Shown here: in pieces, positions 28,353-37,695 of the stretch
How the letters are laid out: each line of letters opens with the position of its first letter
Numbering within the stretch: position 1 is the first letter of the stretch
NCBI GenBank assembly: GCA_963809045.1
Contig: CAWEHW010000004.1
Location: 2,007,594 to 2,071,593, forward strand
Direction: 5' to 3'
DNA: 64,000 nucleotides
From: an uncultured Chloroflexia bacterium
GTDB taxonomy: Bacteria; Chloroflexota; Limnocylindria; Limnocylindrales; CSP1-4
Position numbers and translations under genes: made by a program
Notes under the pieces: generated by a model
Database searches by the model: none
Seen by the model: only the letters and a program-made list of their open reading frames with translations
What the model was told of the DNA's origin: nothing

Positions 28353-30445
28353 GGCGCACGTTCCTCGAGCTCGAGCCAGGCATCCTCCGCGACCGCCAGG
28401 GCGGTCTCGACGTCGGCTAGCTCACTCGTGACCCGCCGCATCTCGACATAGTTCCCGGCCACGGCGGGATCGCCCATCGCCAGCTCGAGGTGGTTCTTCC
28501 GAAGGTTCAACCGGGTCAGATCGGCCTCGACGACCGCCTTCTGCCGCCGGTAGGCATCCTTCGAGAGCTTGACCTTTTTCACCCGAACCCGTGGGGTAGG
28601 CGGTGCGGTGGCAACTGCGGCGGCGTCGGGCGAACTCGCGGACGAGCCGCCGACCGAAGCCTGACCGCCAGACGCCCGACCTGAGCGACCATTGGGCGCC
28701 GCGCCGTAGGAAGCGGTGGTCGGGTGGCTGGCGGGCCGGCGGGTCGCGCCCCGCATCCTCACGGCCTCGACCTCCAGCGCCCCTGCCACCGTCCACCCAC
28801 CCGCCACCGCCTGGCGCCACGCTCGGTACCCGCCATCAAACGACACTGCCGCACCGTCGTCGACGACCCAGAGCTTCTCGCACACGGTTTCGAGAAGACG
28901 GCGGTCATGCGAGACCACCAGCAGCGTCGCCGACGAGTCCGCCATGAACGATTCGATCGCCTCGCGCGCCGGGATGTCCAGGTGGTTGGTGGGCTCGTCG
29001 AGCAGGAGCAGGTTGGCGGGCATGATCCCGAGGAGGGCCAGCTCGAGCCGCGACCGTTCGCCGCCCGACAGCGCCCGCACCTCCTTGAACGCGTCATCGC
29101 CACGGAACAGGAAGCGGGCGAGATAGCCTCGCGCCTCTCCGGCGGTCACCGGGATCGCCTCGAGGAGCGCATCGAGCACGGTCGTTCCCGCGATTGCGGC
29201 CCCGCGCAACTGGGCGAGGTAGCCGATCTGCGCGGCGTGGCCGAACGTGATGGCACCGTCGAGTGGCGGCAGCTCGCCGGCGATGGTGCGCAGGAGCGTC
29301 GTCTTGCCCGCACCGTTGGGTCCGACGATCCCGATGCGCTCCCCACGTTGCGCGGCGAGGAACGGGGCACGCGCCACGACATGCGGTTCGGCGGCCGGCG
29401 AGCCATCGGCGTCGACCGCCCCACGCCCCGGCAGGTAGCCCACCGTGAGGGCCTCGGCCCGGACAACGATCTCTCCGGATCGTGACGGTCCGGCGCCCGC
29501 GAGGGCCGCCGTCGGGATCGCGAGACGGCGGCCCGCGCGTGGCGCCTCGCGACGGTCGGCCTCCAATCGCTCGAGCCGCGCCTCGTGCTCATGCATCTTG
29601 CTGAACTTGCGATGGCTCCGGTACCGCTGGACGAGCTCGCGCTCGCGCGCGATCGATTCGGCCTGCGTCTCCACGTCCTTCACGGTCCGCGCATCCCGCT
29701 CCTCGCGCTGACGGTGATAGGCGGTGTAGTCACCGCGGAACGCCGTCAGCCGCCGGTCGCGCAGCTCCCAGATCCGGGTGACCGTGGCGTCCAGGAACGC
29801 CCGGTCGTGCGAGGCGACCAGGAGTGAGCCGCTCCGCCGCCGGAGATGCTCCTCGAGCCATTCGAGCGCGTCGAGGTCCAGGTGGTTCGTGGGTTCGTCG
29901 AGCAGCAGCAGGTCGGGATCGGCGATCACCAGGCGCGCAAGCGAAGCCCTCGTCTGCTCGCCGCCGGACAGGGCCGACGGAGGCTTCGACCACTCGGCCC
30001 GGCTGAACCCGAGACCGCTCAGCGCCGTGTCCACGCGCTGGTCGAGCGTGTACCCGCCGAGGACCTCGTATTGGTGCTGCAGCTCGGCGTACGCCGCCTC
30101 GGTCACGCGACCGTCGCGTTCGAAGGCGGCCAGTCGCTCGGCCATCGTCTCGAGGTGGGCCGCTCCCGTCCGGACCGCCTGGCGCAGGTCCACGGAGGCC
30201 ATAAAGGCGGCATCGAAATGGGCTTCCTGGGCAAGCAACCCGAGGGTCAGGCCGCGCTTCCGGTGGACCTCACCCCGATCCGGCTCGTCGCGCCCCGACG
30301 CGAGGCGAAGGAGGGTCGTCTTTCCCGCACCGTTGGGACCCACCAGCCCGATCCGATCCCCCAGCGCGATGGACGCGTCAATCGAGTCGAGGATCACGAG
30401 CGTCCCGACCTCGCGGGTCACGCCGGACAGACGAAGGAGGCTCAC
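28349..30445 (-). CDS. ABC-F family ATPase (Uup/EttA-like, two ABC cassettes plus C-terminal coiled-coil extension)
   Basis: Two NBDs (GLVGPNGAGKTTLL and GIVGPNGAGKTTLL, LSGGEQTR/LSGGERSR signatures) and no TM domain. A C-terminal Lys-rich coiled-coil segment resembles the Uup C-terminal domain. I chose the GTG start at 30445, overlapping the fpg stop (GTGA). The longest ORF extends to 30688. Confidence 0.85.
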   Translation of the reverse strand: MSLLRLSGVTREVGTLVILDSIDASIALGDRIGLVGPNGAGKTTLLRLASGRDEPDRGEVHRKRGLTLGLLAQEAHFDAAFMASVDLRQAVRTGAAHLETMAERLAAFERDGRVTEAAYAELQHQYEVLGGYTLDQRVDTALSGLGFSRAEWSKPPSALSGGEQTRASLARLVIADPDLLLLDEPTNHLDLDALEWLEEHLRRRSGSLLVASHDRAFLDATVTRIWELRDRRLTAFRGDYTAYHRQREERDARTVKDVETQAESIARERELVQRYRSHRKFSKMHEHEARLERLEADRREAPRAGRRLAIPTAALAGAGPSRSGEIVVRAEALTVGYLPGRGAVDADGSPAAEPHVVARAPFLAAQRGERIGIVGPNGAGKTTLLRTIAGELPPLDGAITFGHAAQIGYLAQLRGAAIAGTTVLDALLEAIPVTAGEARGYLARFLFRGDDAFKEVRALSGGERSRLELALLGIMPANLLLLDEPTNHLDIPAREAIESFMADSSATLLVVSHDRRLLETVCEKLWVVDDGAAVSFDGGYRAWRQAVAGGWTVAGALEVEAVRMRGATRRPASHPTTASYGAAPNGRSGRASGGQASVGGSSASSPDAAAVATAPPTPRVRVKKVKLSKDAYRRQKAVVEADLTRLNLRKNHLELAMGDPAVAGNYVEMRRVTSELADVETALAVAEDAWLELEERAP

Positions 30446-31518
30446 TGGACCGGGCCCGAACCGGACATCGCCGACCGCGCCGCCGCCCGCCGCGTGGCCG
30501 CGGCGCGTTTCGTGCGCTCCGTCCGCGACGTCGCGGCGACCTTCGCCGCCTCGGCGGGCGTCAGACCCAGCGCTCCTTCGCCGGCGATCTCCGTCCAGCG
30601 CCGGCCCGCCCGTCGACGTCCGCCGGTCATCCCGCGCAGGATCGCGGCGGCGGCCCTTCGATCGACCGAAGGCAGCCGCTGGCACCACGAGCAGAGATGG
30701 GTCGAGCGCGCTCCGATGACGATCCGCTTGACCGGGTTCCCGCAGCGCGGACAGGGTTCACCGGTCCGCTGGTACACCTGCAGGCGCTCCTGCATCGATC
30801 CGTCCCCGTCCGGTGCCGTGTAGTCGTCGATGGAACTGCCGCGACGATCGATCGCCTCGCGCAGGATCGACCGGACTGCCTCGAACAACCGGCGTTCATC
30901 AGCGGGGCGGAGGGTGCGTGCCGTCCGGAGCGGGTGCAGCCGCGCCGTCCAGAGGGCCTCGTCCGCATAGATGTTGCCCACCCCGGCAAGAAATGACTGG
31001 TCGAGAAGCAACGACTTGAGCCGGCCCTTGCGCCGGCGCAGCCGCTGGCGGAACTCACGCAGCCCAAAGGCCGGATCCAGCGGCTCGGGTCCGAAGACGG
31101 CGAACACGGCGGTCCCACCAACCTCGGTTGTCAGTTCGCCGGTCCCGGCATCGCGGCCGTAGAGCCCGATCCTCCCGAACTTCCGGATGTCGCGGAACCG
31201 CACCTCGCGACCATCGGCGAGCTCCAGCACGACGCGGACGTACGGATCCTCCGGGGCGTCCGCCGGCACGACGAAGAGCTGGCCGGTCATCTTGAGGTGG
31301 ATCGTCAGTGCCGCGTCACCGGACAGGTGCACCACGACGAGCTTCGCGCGACGACCGACCGACTCGACCCGTCGCCCGGCCACGGCCTCCCCGAACGCCT
31401 CGGGCGTATGCGTCCGCAGGCTCCGGGCCCAGCTGCAACGAGCGCCGACGATCGTCGCGCCGACGATGCGCGGGCGGAGGTCGCGCGCGACCGTCTCGAC
31501 CTCGGGTAATTCGGGCAT
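30442..31518 (-). CDS. mutM: formamidopyrimidine-DNA glycosylase (Fpg/MutM) with basic Ala/Arg-rich C-terminal tail
   Basis: An N-terminal PELPEVE catalytic motif, H2TH and a C-terminal zinc finger (CPRCGNPV...CSWCQ). About 80 extra residues follow the zinc finger. Confidence 0.9.
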   Translation of the reverse strand: MPELPEVETVARDLRPRIVGATIVGARCSWARSLRTHTPEAFGEAVAGRRVESVGRRAKLVVVHLSGDAALTIHLKMTGQLFVVPADAPEDPYVRVVLELADGREVRFRDIRKFGRIGLYGRDAGTGELTTEVGGTAVFAVFGPEPLDPAFGLREFRQRLRRRKGRLKSLLLDQSFLAGVGNIYADEALWTARLHPLRTARTLRPADERRLFEAVRSILREAIDRRGSSIDDYTAPDGDGSMQERLQVYQRTGEPCPRCGNPVKRIVIGARSTHLCSWCQRLPSVDRRAAAAILRGMTGGRRRAGRRWTEIAGEGALGLTPAEAAKVAATSRTERTKRAAATRRAAARSAMSGSGPVQ

Positions 31519-31527
31519 CGACGGAGC

Positions 31528-34473
31528 CTACCCGGCGATCGGGGCGATCGGTGCCTCGATGGGCAGCTCGTCCGCCTCGGCGGCGATCGCGTCGGCGCGG
31601 GTCAGCGGCGTCATCGATTCCCAATCGTCCCCGACCTTGACGTCGACGATCAGGGGGATCGACAGCGGCAGCGCGCCTTCCATGGTCTCGCGCACCAGCG
31701 CGGCTAGCGGCTCCACCTCCGCGCGCGGGACCTCGAACAACAACTCGTCGTGGACCGACAGCAGCAGCCGGGCTCGGGAACCTTCGGCCGCGAGGCGCTC
31801 CGCGACGCGGATCATCGCGATCTTCTGGATGTCCGCGGCCGTGCCCTGGATCGGCATGTTGATCGCCATCCGCTCCCCCGCCCCGCGCAACGCCGGGTTC
31901 GATGCGCGTAGCTCCGGGATCTGGCGCTTCCGCCCGAGCAACGTCTCGACGAACCCCTGCGCCTTGGCCTGTTCCTTGATCGCCATCATGTAATAGCTGA
32001 TGCCGGAGTAGGCTGCGAAATAGCTGTTGATGAACTCCTGGGCCTCGTTCCGCGGGATGTTCGCCCGCGAGGCCAGGCCGAAGTCGCTCATCCCGTACGC
32101 GAGCCCGAAGTTGACCATCTTGGCCATCGACCGTTCGTCCTTCGTGATCGCGTCGGGATCCTTGTGCAGCACGCGGGCCGCCGTTTCGCGATGGATGTCC
32201 GCCTTGCGGGCGAAGGCGTCCTTGAGGTGCTCGTCGCCGGACACGTGGGCCAGGATCCGCAACTCGATCTGGGAGTAGTCGGCGGCCAGCAGGACCAGGT
32301 CGGGCTCGCCGGCCACGAACGCCCGACGGATCTTGCGCCCGAGCTCGGTGCGGATCGGGATGTTCTGCAGGTTCGGGTCCGATGAGGACAGGCGGCCGGT
32401 GGAAGCCACGGCCTGGTGGAACGTGGTGTGGAGCCGTCCGTCCGCCGCCATCAGGCTGGGCAGGGCCTCGACGTACGTCGAACGGAGCTTCGTGTACACC
32501 CGCCACGCGAGCAGCTTGTCGATCATCGGGTGCGCGGGGCGGAGCTCCTCGAGGACGGAGGCATCGGTCGAGTACCCCGTCTTGGTTCGCTTGCCCTTGG
32601 GCAGGTTCAGCTCGAAGAACAGGATCTGCTCGAGCTGCTTCGGGCTGCCGAGGTTGAACTCGTGACCGACGTCGACGTAGATCTCCTGCTCGAGCCTGGT
32701 GATCTCTGCGCCGAACTCGCGGTCGAGCAGCTCCAGGGCGGCGAGATCAAGCGCGACGCCCGTCGCCTCCATCCGGGCGAGCACGGGGATCAACGGCAGC
32801 TCCACCTCCTGGAAGAGGCGATCGAGCTTGACCTCCTCGAGGCGGCGCTCGAGCGGCTCACGAACCGCGATCGCCGACAGGGCTTCGAGCCCGGCGCGTG
32901 CCGTCGCCGGGAGCTCGGCGGGCGGCGGCAGGATCTGGTCGAGGTTCTCGGCGAGGATGTCCGCGATCGTCTGACTGCGCAGGGCCGCGTTGAGGATGTA
33001 CGCCGCGATCTGCGTGTCGAAGGCAATCGGGTGGGGCGTCGACGAGGGGTCGTCCGCAAATGCCGCCACGAGGACCGACTTGACTTCGTGCCCCACGAGC
33101 TGGCTGCCGAGTCGATGCAGGAGCTGTCGGAGCGCGGTCGAGGCCTCGGGTCCGTCCGCCGCGACCACGCGACCGTCCGACCCGGCGACCGCCAGCGCCA
33201 GCGGGGTGCCGCGTCGCGGCCTTGGATCGTCCGCCTGCAGGGCCACGCCGACCGCCGGCTGCGCCTCGAGCCACGGGGCGAGGTCTTCGATCCGGTCTGC
33301 GCCACGGACCTCGATCCGCCCCGGGTCCACGATCGCCGCGGCCAGGGCTGTGGGCAGGTCCTCCGCCGGTTCGTATGGCTGATTCGCGGCACCATTGATG
33401 CCGTTGGCCGAGTGGTCGCTCTGAACCGGCCCGGCCACCGCATCGAAATCGAGCCTGAGCTGGAGCTCACCACCCGCCTGCCGGGATACGGTCCGGCTCG
33501 CCCCCCAGCCGTCGGGGCGTCCCGCCACTCGTGCCGCCGGGACGTAGCCGCTCTCGGCGACCGTCTTGAGCCGCTCGGATCGGAGCTCGGGCGACTCGCC
33601 GGCCATCGGTGGCAGCCGCTCGATCAGCGTCCGGAACTCGTACTCGCGGAAGAGCCGGACGACCGTGTCCCGGTCGTAGTCGCCGAGACGGGCCGCTTCG
33701 AGGTCCAGCTCGACCGGCAGGTCGCGGATGATCCGCGACAGCTCGTGGCCCATCGCGATCTGCTCGCGGTGCTCGAGGAGCTTGTCGCGCAGCTTCTCCG
33801 GCTTCACGTCGTCGATCCGGGCGAACAGCGTGTCGAGGTCGCCGAATTCGGCGATCAGCCTGGCCGCGGTTTTCTCCCCGACCCCTGGCACGCCCGGGAT
33901 GTTGTCGGTCGGGTCGCCCTTGAGTGCCTTGTAGTCGATCATCTGGTCGGGTCGCAGCCCGAACCGCTCGTTGATCCGGTCGATGTCGTACATGACCGTG
34001 TTCTCGACGCCGGATCGCGTCGTCATCAACCGGACACGCGGCGTGACCAGTTGGAGCATGTCCAGGTCGACGGTCACGATGGTGGTTTCCAGATCGTCGT
34101 TCGAGTCGAGCTTCTGGGTGATCGTGCCGATCACATCGTCCGCCTCGTAGCCCTGCATCTCGTAGACCGGGATCCGGAGCGCTTTGACGACCTCCCGGAC
34201 CTTGGGGAACTGGTCGCGCAGGTCGTCGGGCATCTTCTGGCGGGTGGCCTTGTAGGCCGCGAATTGCTCGTGGCGGAAGGTCGGCCCGGGCAGGTCGAAC
34301 GAGACGGCAAGGTAGTCCGGCTGGAGGTCGGCGATGCCGCGCAGGACGATGCTGGCGAAACCGAAGACGCCGTTGACGAGCTCGCCACGGGAGGTCGTCA
34401 GCGGTGGAAGGGCGAAGTAGCCGCGATAGACGAGCCCGTAGCCGTCGAGCAGCATCAGGCGTTCGGTGGGCAC
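31528..34473 (-). CDS. polA: DNA polymerase I
   Basis: An N-terminal 5'-3' exonuclease (LLDGYGLVYRGYFA), a 3'-5' exo-like region and polymerase motifs (DYSQIELRILAH, QVHDELLFE). It is 981 aa. Confidence 0.95.
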   Translation of the reverse strand: MPTERLMLLDGYGLVYRGYFALPPLTTSRGELVNGVFGFASIVLRGIADLQPDYLAVSFDLPGPTFRHEQFAAYKATRQKMPDDLRDQFPKVREVVKALRIPVYEMQGYEADDVIGTITQKLDSNDDLETTIVTVDLDMLQLVTPRVRLMTTRSGVENTVMYDIDRINERFGLRPDQMIDYKALKGDPTDNIPGVPGVGEKTAARLIAEFGDLDTLFARIDDVKPEKLRDKLLEHREQIAMGHELSRIIRDLPVELDLEAARLGDYDRDTVVRLFREYEFRTLIERLPPMAGESPELRSERLKTVAESGYVPAARVAGRPDGWGASRTVSRQAGGELQLRLDFDAVAGPVQSDHSANGINGAANQPYEPAEDLPTALAAAIVDPGRIEVRGADRIEDLAPWLEAQPAVGVALQADDPRPRRGTPLALAVAGSDGRVVAADGPEASTALRQLLHRLGSQLVGHEVKSVLVAAFADDPSSTPHPIAFDTQIAAYILNAALRSQTIADILAENLDQILPPPAELPATARAGLEALSAIAVREPLERRLEEVKLDRLFQEVELPLIPVLARMEATGVALDLAALELLDREFGAEITRLEQEIYVDVGHEFNLGSPKQLEQILFFELNLPKGKRTKTGYSTDASVLEELRPAHPMIDKLLAWRVYTKLRSTYVEALPSLMAADGRLHTTFHQAVASTGRLSSSDPNLQNIPIRTELGRKIRRAFVAGEPDLVLLAADYSQIELRILAHVSGDEHLKDAFARKADIHRETAARVLHKDPDAITKDERSMAKMVNFGLAYGMSDFGLASRANIPRNEAQEFINSYFAAYSGISYYMMAIKEQAKAQGFVETLLGRKRQIPELRASNPALRGAGERMAINMPIQGTAADIQKIAMIRVAERLAAEGSRARLLLSVHDELLFEVPRAEVEPLAALVRETMEGALPLSIPLIVDVKVGDDWESMTPLTRADAIAAEADELPIEAPIAPIAG

Positions 34474-34536
34474 GGTCCAAGTGTAGCCGCGGACCCTGCC
34501 GACCGAGGTCCACGAGACCGGTTCAGCGGCGCTTGG

Positions 34537-35646
34537 TCAGCCGTCTCCGAGGCGTCGTGCCGTCCAGCGGAGGCCGAACAGCACGAGACCGATGACGAGG
34601 AGAGCCGAGGCAAGGACGATCGTCGTCGAGCGGGTGAATGGGCCCTCGCTCGCGGTGTTCAGGGTGACGTCATCGCGCCCGTCGGCCTCGCCGGGGAGTG
34701 GGCTCGTCTCGCCCTCGCCGTAGAACACCTGACCGTCATCCCCGGCCCGTTCGGTGAACGGGTCCACCGTCGGCTGCGGAAACGCCTCCGGGGCCGCGGA
34801 TGGCGCGGAAGATGGTGCCGCGGCGGCGGCCGGTCCGGATTGGGCGGTGGCGGCGGGTGCCTCGGGCGCCATCGAGATGGCGTCGGGCGGCGCGCCACCG
34901 GCAGCGTCGCGAACGGCTTGCTCGGTGGCCATCAGGTTCGGGCCGCTGGCCGCACCCCCGGACGCCATGAAGAAGGTCGGAACGGTGGCCACCATCAGCC
35001 CGGCCAGGCCAATGGTCGTCAAGCCCATGGCGAGCGGGCGGCTGAAGACGTCGCGGGACGAACCGATCGCGCCGAGAAGCCGCCGCCAGCCGCGTACGCG
35101 GAGACGCTCGGCGTCGGCTTCGGAAAGCGTGAACTCGCGCGGTCGCACTGGGACGCTCATCGCACGCGTCGCGGCGCTCAAGGCGACGAGGTCGTCATAG
35201 AGCTGTTCGCAGTCGCGGCACGCGGCGAGCAATTCCTCCGCGCGCGACCGTTCCGCCTCGTCAACGGACCGATCGACGAGGTTGGCAACGAGGAGGCGGT
35301 CGTGGGCATCGTGCCGGGATCGAGAAGTGGGCATGTCATCACTCAGACGAGCCGCAGCCGGCACCGGTTCCCCAGTACGCTCCGATGCCAGCGCGGCCGC
35401 GACGTCCGACGTCAGCGTGAAGTCCCGCACGCGAGCCGGTGTCGGCGCTGCTTTCGTGGCCCGAGCGAGGGCGACGAGGTCCTGATGCAGGGTGGCGCAA
35501 GCCGTGCAGCGGGTCACCATCGTCTCGGCCGCGACCCGGTCGGCGTCGGCCAGGTCCCGGTCCAGCAGGGCGACGATCAGCTTGGGATCGTGAGCCGCAT
35601 GGTCGCTGGGCACAGATCCACCCGCGGGCGACCGCGGATCAGCCAC
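34537..35646 (-). CDS. membrane-spanning anti-sigma factor with two tandem zf-HC2-like anti-sigma domains
   Basis: Two internally repeated roughly 65-aa segments, each with a CxxC (TRCTACATLHQDLVAL and ACRDCEQLYDDLVAL), then a TM helix (MGLTTIGLAGLMVATVPTFF) and a second C-terminal TM. The start overlaps the ECF sigma stop by 8 nt. Confidence 0.8.
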   Translation of the reverse strand: MADPRSPAGGSVPSDHAAHDPKLIVALLDRDLADADRVAAETMVTRCTACATLHQDLVALARATKAAPTPARVRDFTLTSDVAAALASERTGEPVPAAARLSDDMPTSRSRHDAHDRLLVANLVDRSVDEAERSRAEELLAACRDCEQLYDDLVALSAATRAMSVPVRPREFTLSEADAERLRVRGWRRLLGAIGSSRDVFSRPLAMGLTTIGLAGLMVATVPTFFMASGGAASGPNLMATEQAVRDAAGGAPPDAISMAPEAPAATAQSGPAAAAAPSSAPSAAPEAFPQPTVDPFTERAGDDGQVFYGEGETSPLPGEADGRDDVTLNTASEGPFTRSTTIVLASALLVIGLVLFGLRWTARRLGDG

Positions 35647-36298
35647 GGAACAGCTCCATGCGGTTCTCGAGCAGCGCGCGCAGCGCGAGCCGGCCGCGGT
35701 GGATCCGGGACTTGACGGTGCCGAGCGAGACGCCGGTCATCTCCGCGATCTCGAGGTAGTCGTAGCCCTCGACGTCGTAGAGGACGATCGCCGCACGCTG
35801 GTCATCCGTGATCATCGCGAGCGCCGCCGACAGCTCGCGGGTGCGCTCGCTGAGAACCGCCGTCCGCTCGGGATCGGCGTCGTCGCCGGCCGGCGGCTGC
35901 CAGCTGTCGTCCTCGAGCTCCGGGTACGGCTGGACGGGACGGCGCTTCCGGGCCCGTTGCGTGTCCATCGCACCGTTGACCGCGATCCGGTTCAGCCAGG
36001 ACTTGACGCTCCCACCGCGGAACGCGTCGAGGTGCTTGTACGCGGAGAAGAAGGCCTCCTGGACGACGTCGGCCGCCTGGTCGCGATCGGGGACCATCCG
36101 TACGATCAGCGCGAACAGCGCGTCCTGGTAGAGCCGGACGAGATCGTTGAACGCGTCGAGATCGCCCTCGCGAGCGCGCTCGAGCAGGATGAGATCGCGG
36201 CGCTGGACGGGGTCGTCGACGACCGTCGTCGAGCGAAGGTCCTCCACGGTCGGGGGGTCCCTCCGGACGGCGATTGTGAGGCGCGGCGAGTCTAGCAT
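35639..36298 (-). CDS. ECF (sigma-70 family group 4) RNA polymerase sigma factor
   Basis: Sigma-2 (LVRLYQDALFALIVRMV...DVVQEAF) and sigma-4 (YDVEGYDYLEIAEMTGVSLGTVKSRIHRGR) regions. The longest ORF (to 36421) would run across the tRNA-Leu gene on the opposite strand, so I took the start at the internal ATG at 36298. Confidence 0.85.
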   Translation of the reverse strand: MLDSPRLTIAVRRDPPTVEDLRSTTVVDDPVQRRDLILLERAREGDLDAFNDLVRLYQDALFALIVRMVPDRDQAADVVQEAFFSAYKHLDAFRGGSVKSWLNRIAVNGAMDTQRARKRRPVQPYPELEDDSWQPPAGDDADPERTAVLSERTRELSAALAMITDDQRAAIVLYDVEGYDYLEIAEMTGVSLGTVKSRIHRGRLALRALLENRMELFRG

Positions 36299-36369
36299 CG
36301 GTTCCGCAGCGAGACGCCGCGGGACCGGGCGGAGTTCCACGGAGGCGGTACGATGCCCGGCGGCGCCCG

Positions 36370-36455
36370 GCCGAAGTGGCGGAATGGCAGACGCGACGGT
36401 CTCAAACACCGTTGAGTGCAAGCTCGTGAGGGTTCGAGTCCCTCCTTCGGCACCA
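36370..36455 (+). tRNA. tRNA-Leu (anticodon CAA), type II with long variable arm, CCA encoded
   Basis: Manual cloverleaf. The acceptor stem GCCGAAG pairs with CTTCGGC. The D arm has a GG in its loop. The anticodon stem ACGGT pairs with ACCGT around the loop CTCAAAC (U33, CAA, A37). A 15-nt variable arm is present. The T arm is GAGGG-TTCGAGT-CCCTC. A discriminator A and CCA follow. Confidence 0.9.
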
Positions 36456-36487
36456 AAACCGTCGGGCGAACGTCAGAGGGATTGACC

Positions 36488-37630
36488 ATGGCGCTCTCCC
36501 ATGCCCGTCGATCGCTCGCCGCCCTCGTACTGGCCGGAGTCCTGCAAGGCGCGGCCATGCCCTGGCCGGCCGCGACCACCGCCGCCGACGCCGTGCTCAT
36601 GCGTCTCCTCTTCTGGGACATGCCGACGGAGGTCTTCGCCGGGCGAACGTTCCAGGTCGTGGTCGCGATCGTCGGCTTCCCGGACAGCCTCGGCGTGATC
36701 GTCACGGAAGGCACGAGCGCGACCGTGACCCTGTCGATGGAGTCGAGTCCGGTCCCTGGTGCCTCGCTTTCGTGCGCCAGCGGCATGACGCTGCCGACCG
36801 AGACGACCGGCGCGCACGCGGGCACCGTGACGTTCTCGGGCTGCACGATCGATCAGGTCGGTGAGCCGTACGCGCTCAAGGCCGTCGCCTCGAACGTGAT
36901 GTCGACGACAACGCCCGCACCGGCGCTCGCCGAGGTGACGTCGCAGCACTACGGCCCGGTTCGGGTGCGACCGGCCATCGAGGCCCCGCAGGACAGCATC
37001 CAGGTCTCGGTCACGCACAATGGCACCGCGGATTGGGTGACTTGGGGCGACACCGTCACCGTCCGCGTCGAGTTCACGGAGAACGGTGCCGGCAAGGCGT
37101 TCCAGCTGCAGCAGACGACCCGGCAGATGTCCACCTGGACACCCCTCGCCGATCTCGTCACGGACGCGAATGGCATCGCCACCCTTTCCTACCGACCGAC
37201 GGTGACCGCCCGCTTCCGCGTGGTCTTTCCCGGCACAGCGGACCTGCCCGCCGGCACGAGCGCGACGCCGGGCTTCCTGCTGTATGCGTGGGCGAAGCAG
37301 AGCCCGACCCTCTCGACGCCGAAGGTGATCCGCCGGGGCACGTCCGTGGCGTTCACGACGACCGTCCGTCCCCTGCTTCCCGACCTGCCAGCGGCGCGGG
37401 TGGCCTTCCTGATCTACCACCGACACGGCGGTGTCTGGAAGCTGGTCTCCCAACGCCTCAGGACGGTCGATTCGAGCGGTGTTGCCCGGCTGACCCTCAA
37501 GTTCGGGGGCGTGGGCGCGTGGCAGGTACGGTCGAAGGCCTTCCCGAGGTGGGCCGGCGAGCAGGAACTGGCCCCGGCCGTCTCCTGGGCCAGTCGCCTC
37601 CTCCCGGTTGCCCGCTATACCGTGCGATAG
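36488..37630 (+). CDS. secreted hypothetical protein (predicted beta-sandwich/Ig-like repeats)
   Basis: A signal peptide (MALSHARRSLAALVLAGVLQGAAMPWPAATTAADA) and a Thr/Val/Ser-rich sequence with repeated beta-strand-like segments. No catalytic motif was recognised. I chose the ATG at 36488 (ORF track start 36416). Confidence 0.7.
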   Translation: MALSHARRSLAALVLAGVLQGAAMPWPAATTAADAVLMRLLFWDMPTEVFAGRTFQVVVAIVGFPDSLGVIVTEGTSATVTLSMESSPVPGASLSCASGMTLPTETTGAHAGTVTFSGCTIDQVGEPYALKAVASNVMSTTTPAPALAEVTSQHYGPVRVRPAIEAPQDSIQVSVTHNGTADWVTWGDTVTVRVEFTENGAGKAFQLQQTTRQMSTWTPLADLVTDANGIATLSYRPTVTARFRVVFPGTADLPAGTSATPGFLLYAWAKQSPTLSTPKVIRRGTSVAFTTTVRPLLPDLPAARVAFLIYHRHGGVWKLVSQRLRTVDSSGVARLTLKFGGVGAWQVRSKAFPRWAGEQELAPAVSWASRLLPVARYTVR

Positions 37631-37695
37631 GCCGACGCCACTCGGGGATAGACTCCCTGCCAGACCCACGCCATGCGATTCCTAGGGAGACCTTG

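Noticed and set aside
36416-36487. Longest-ORF N-terminal extensions of the secreted protein (36416) and the ECF sigma (to 36421) that run across the tRNA-Leu gene
   Set aside because: They overlap a well-formed tRNA. Internal ATG starts (36488 and 36298) give a proper signal peptide and normal sigma length respectively.
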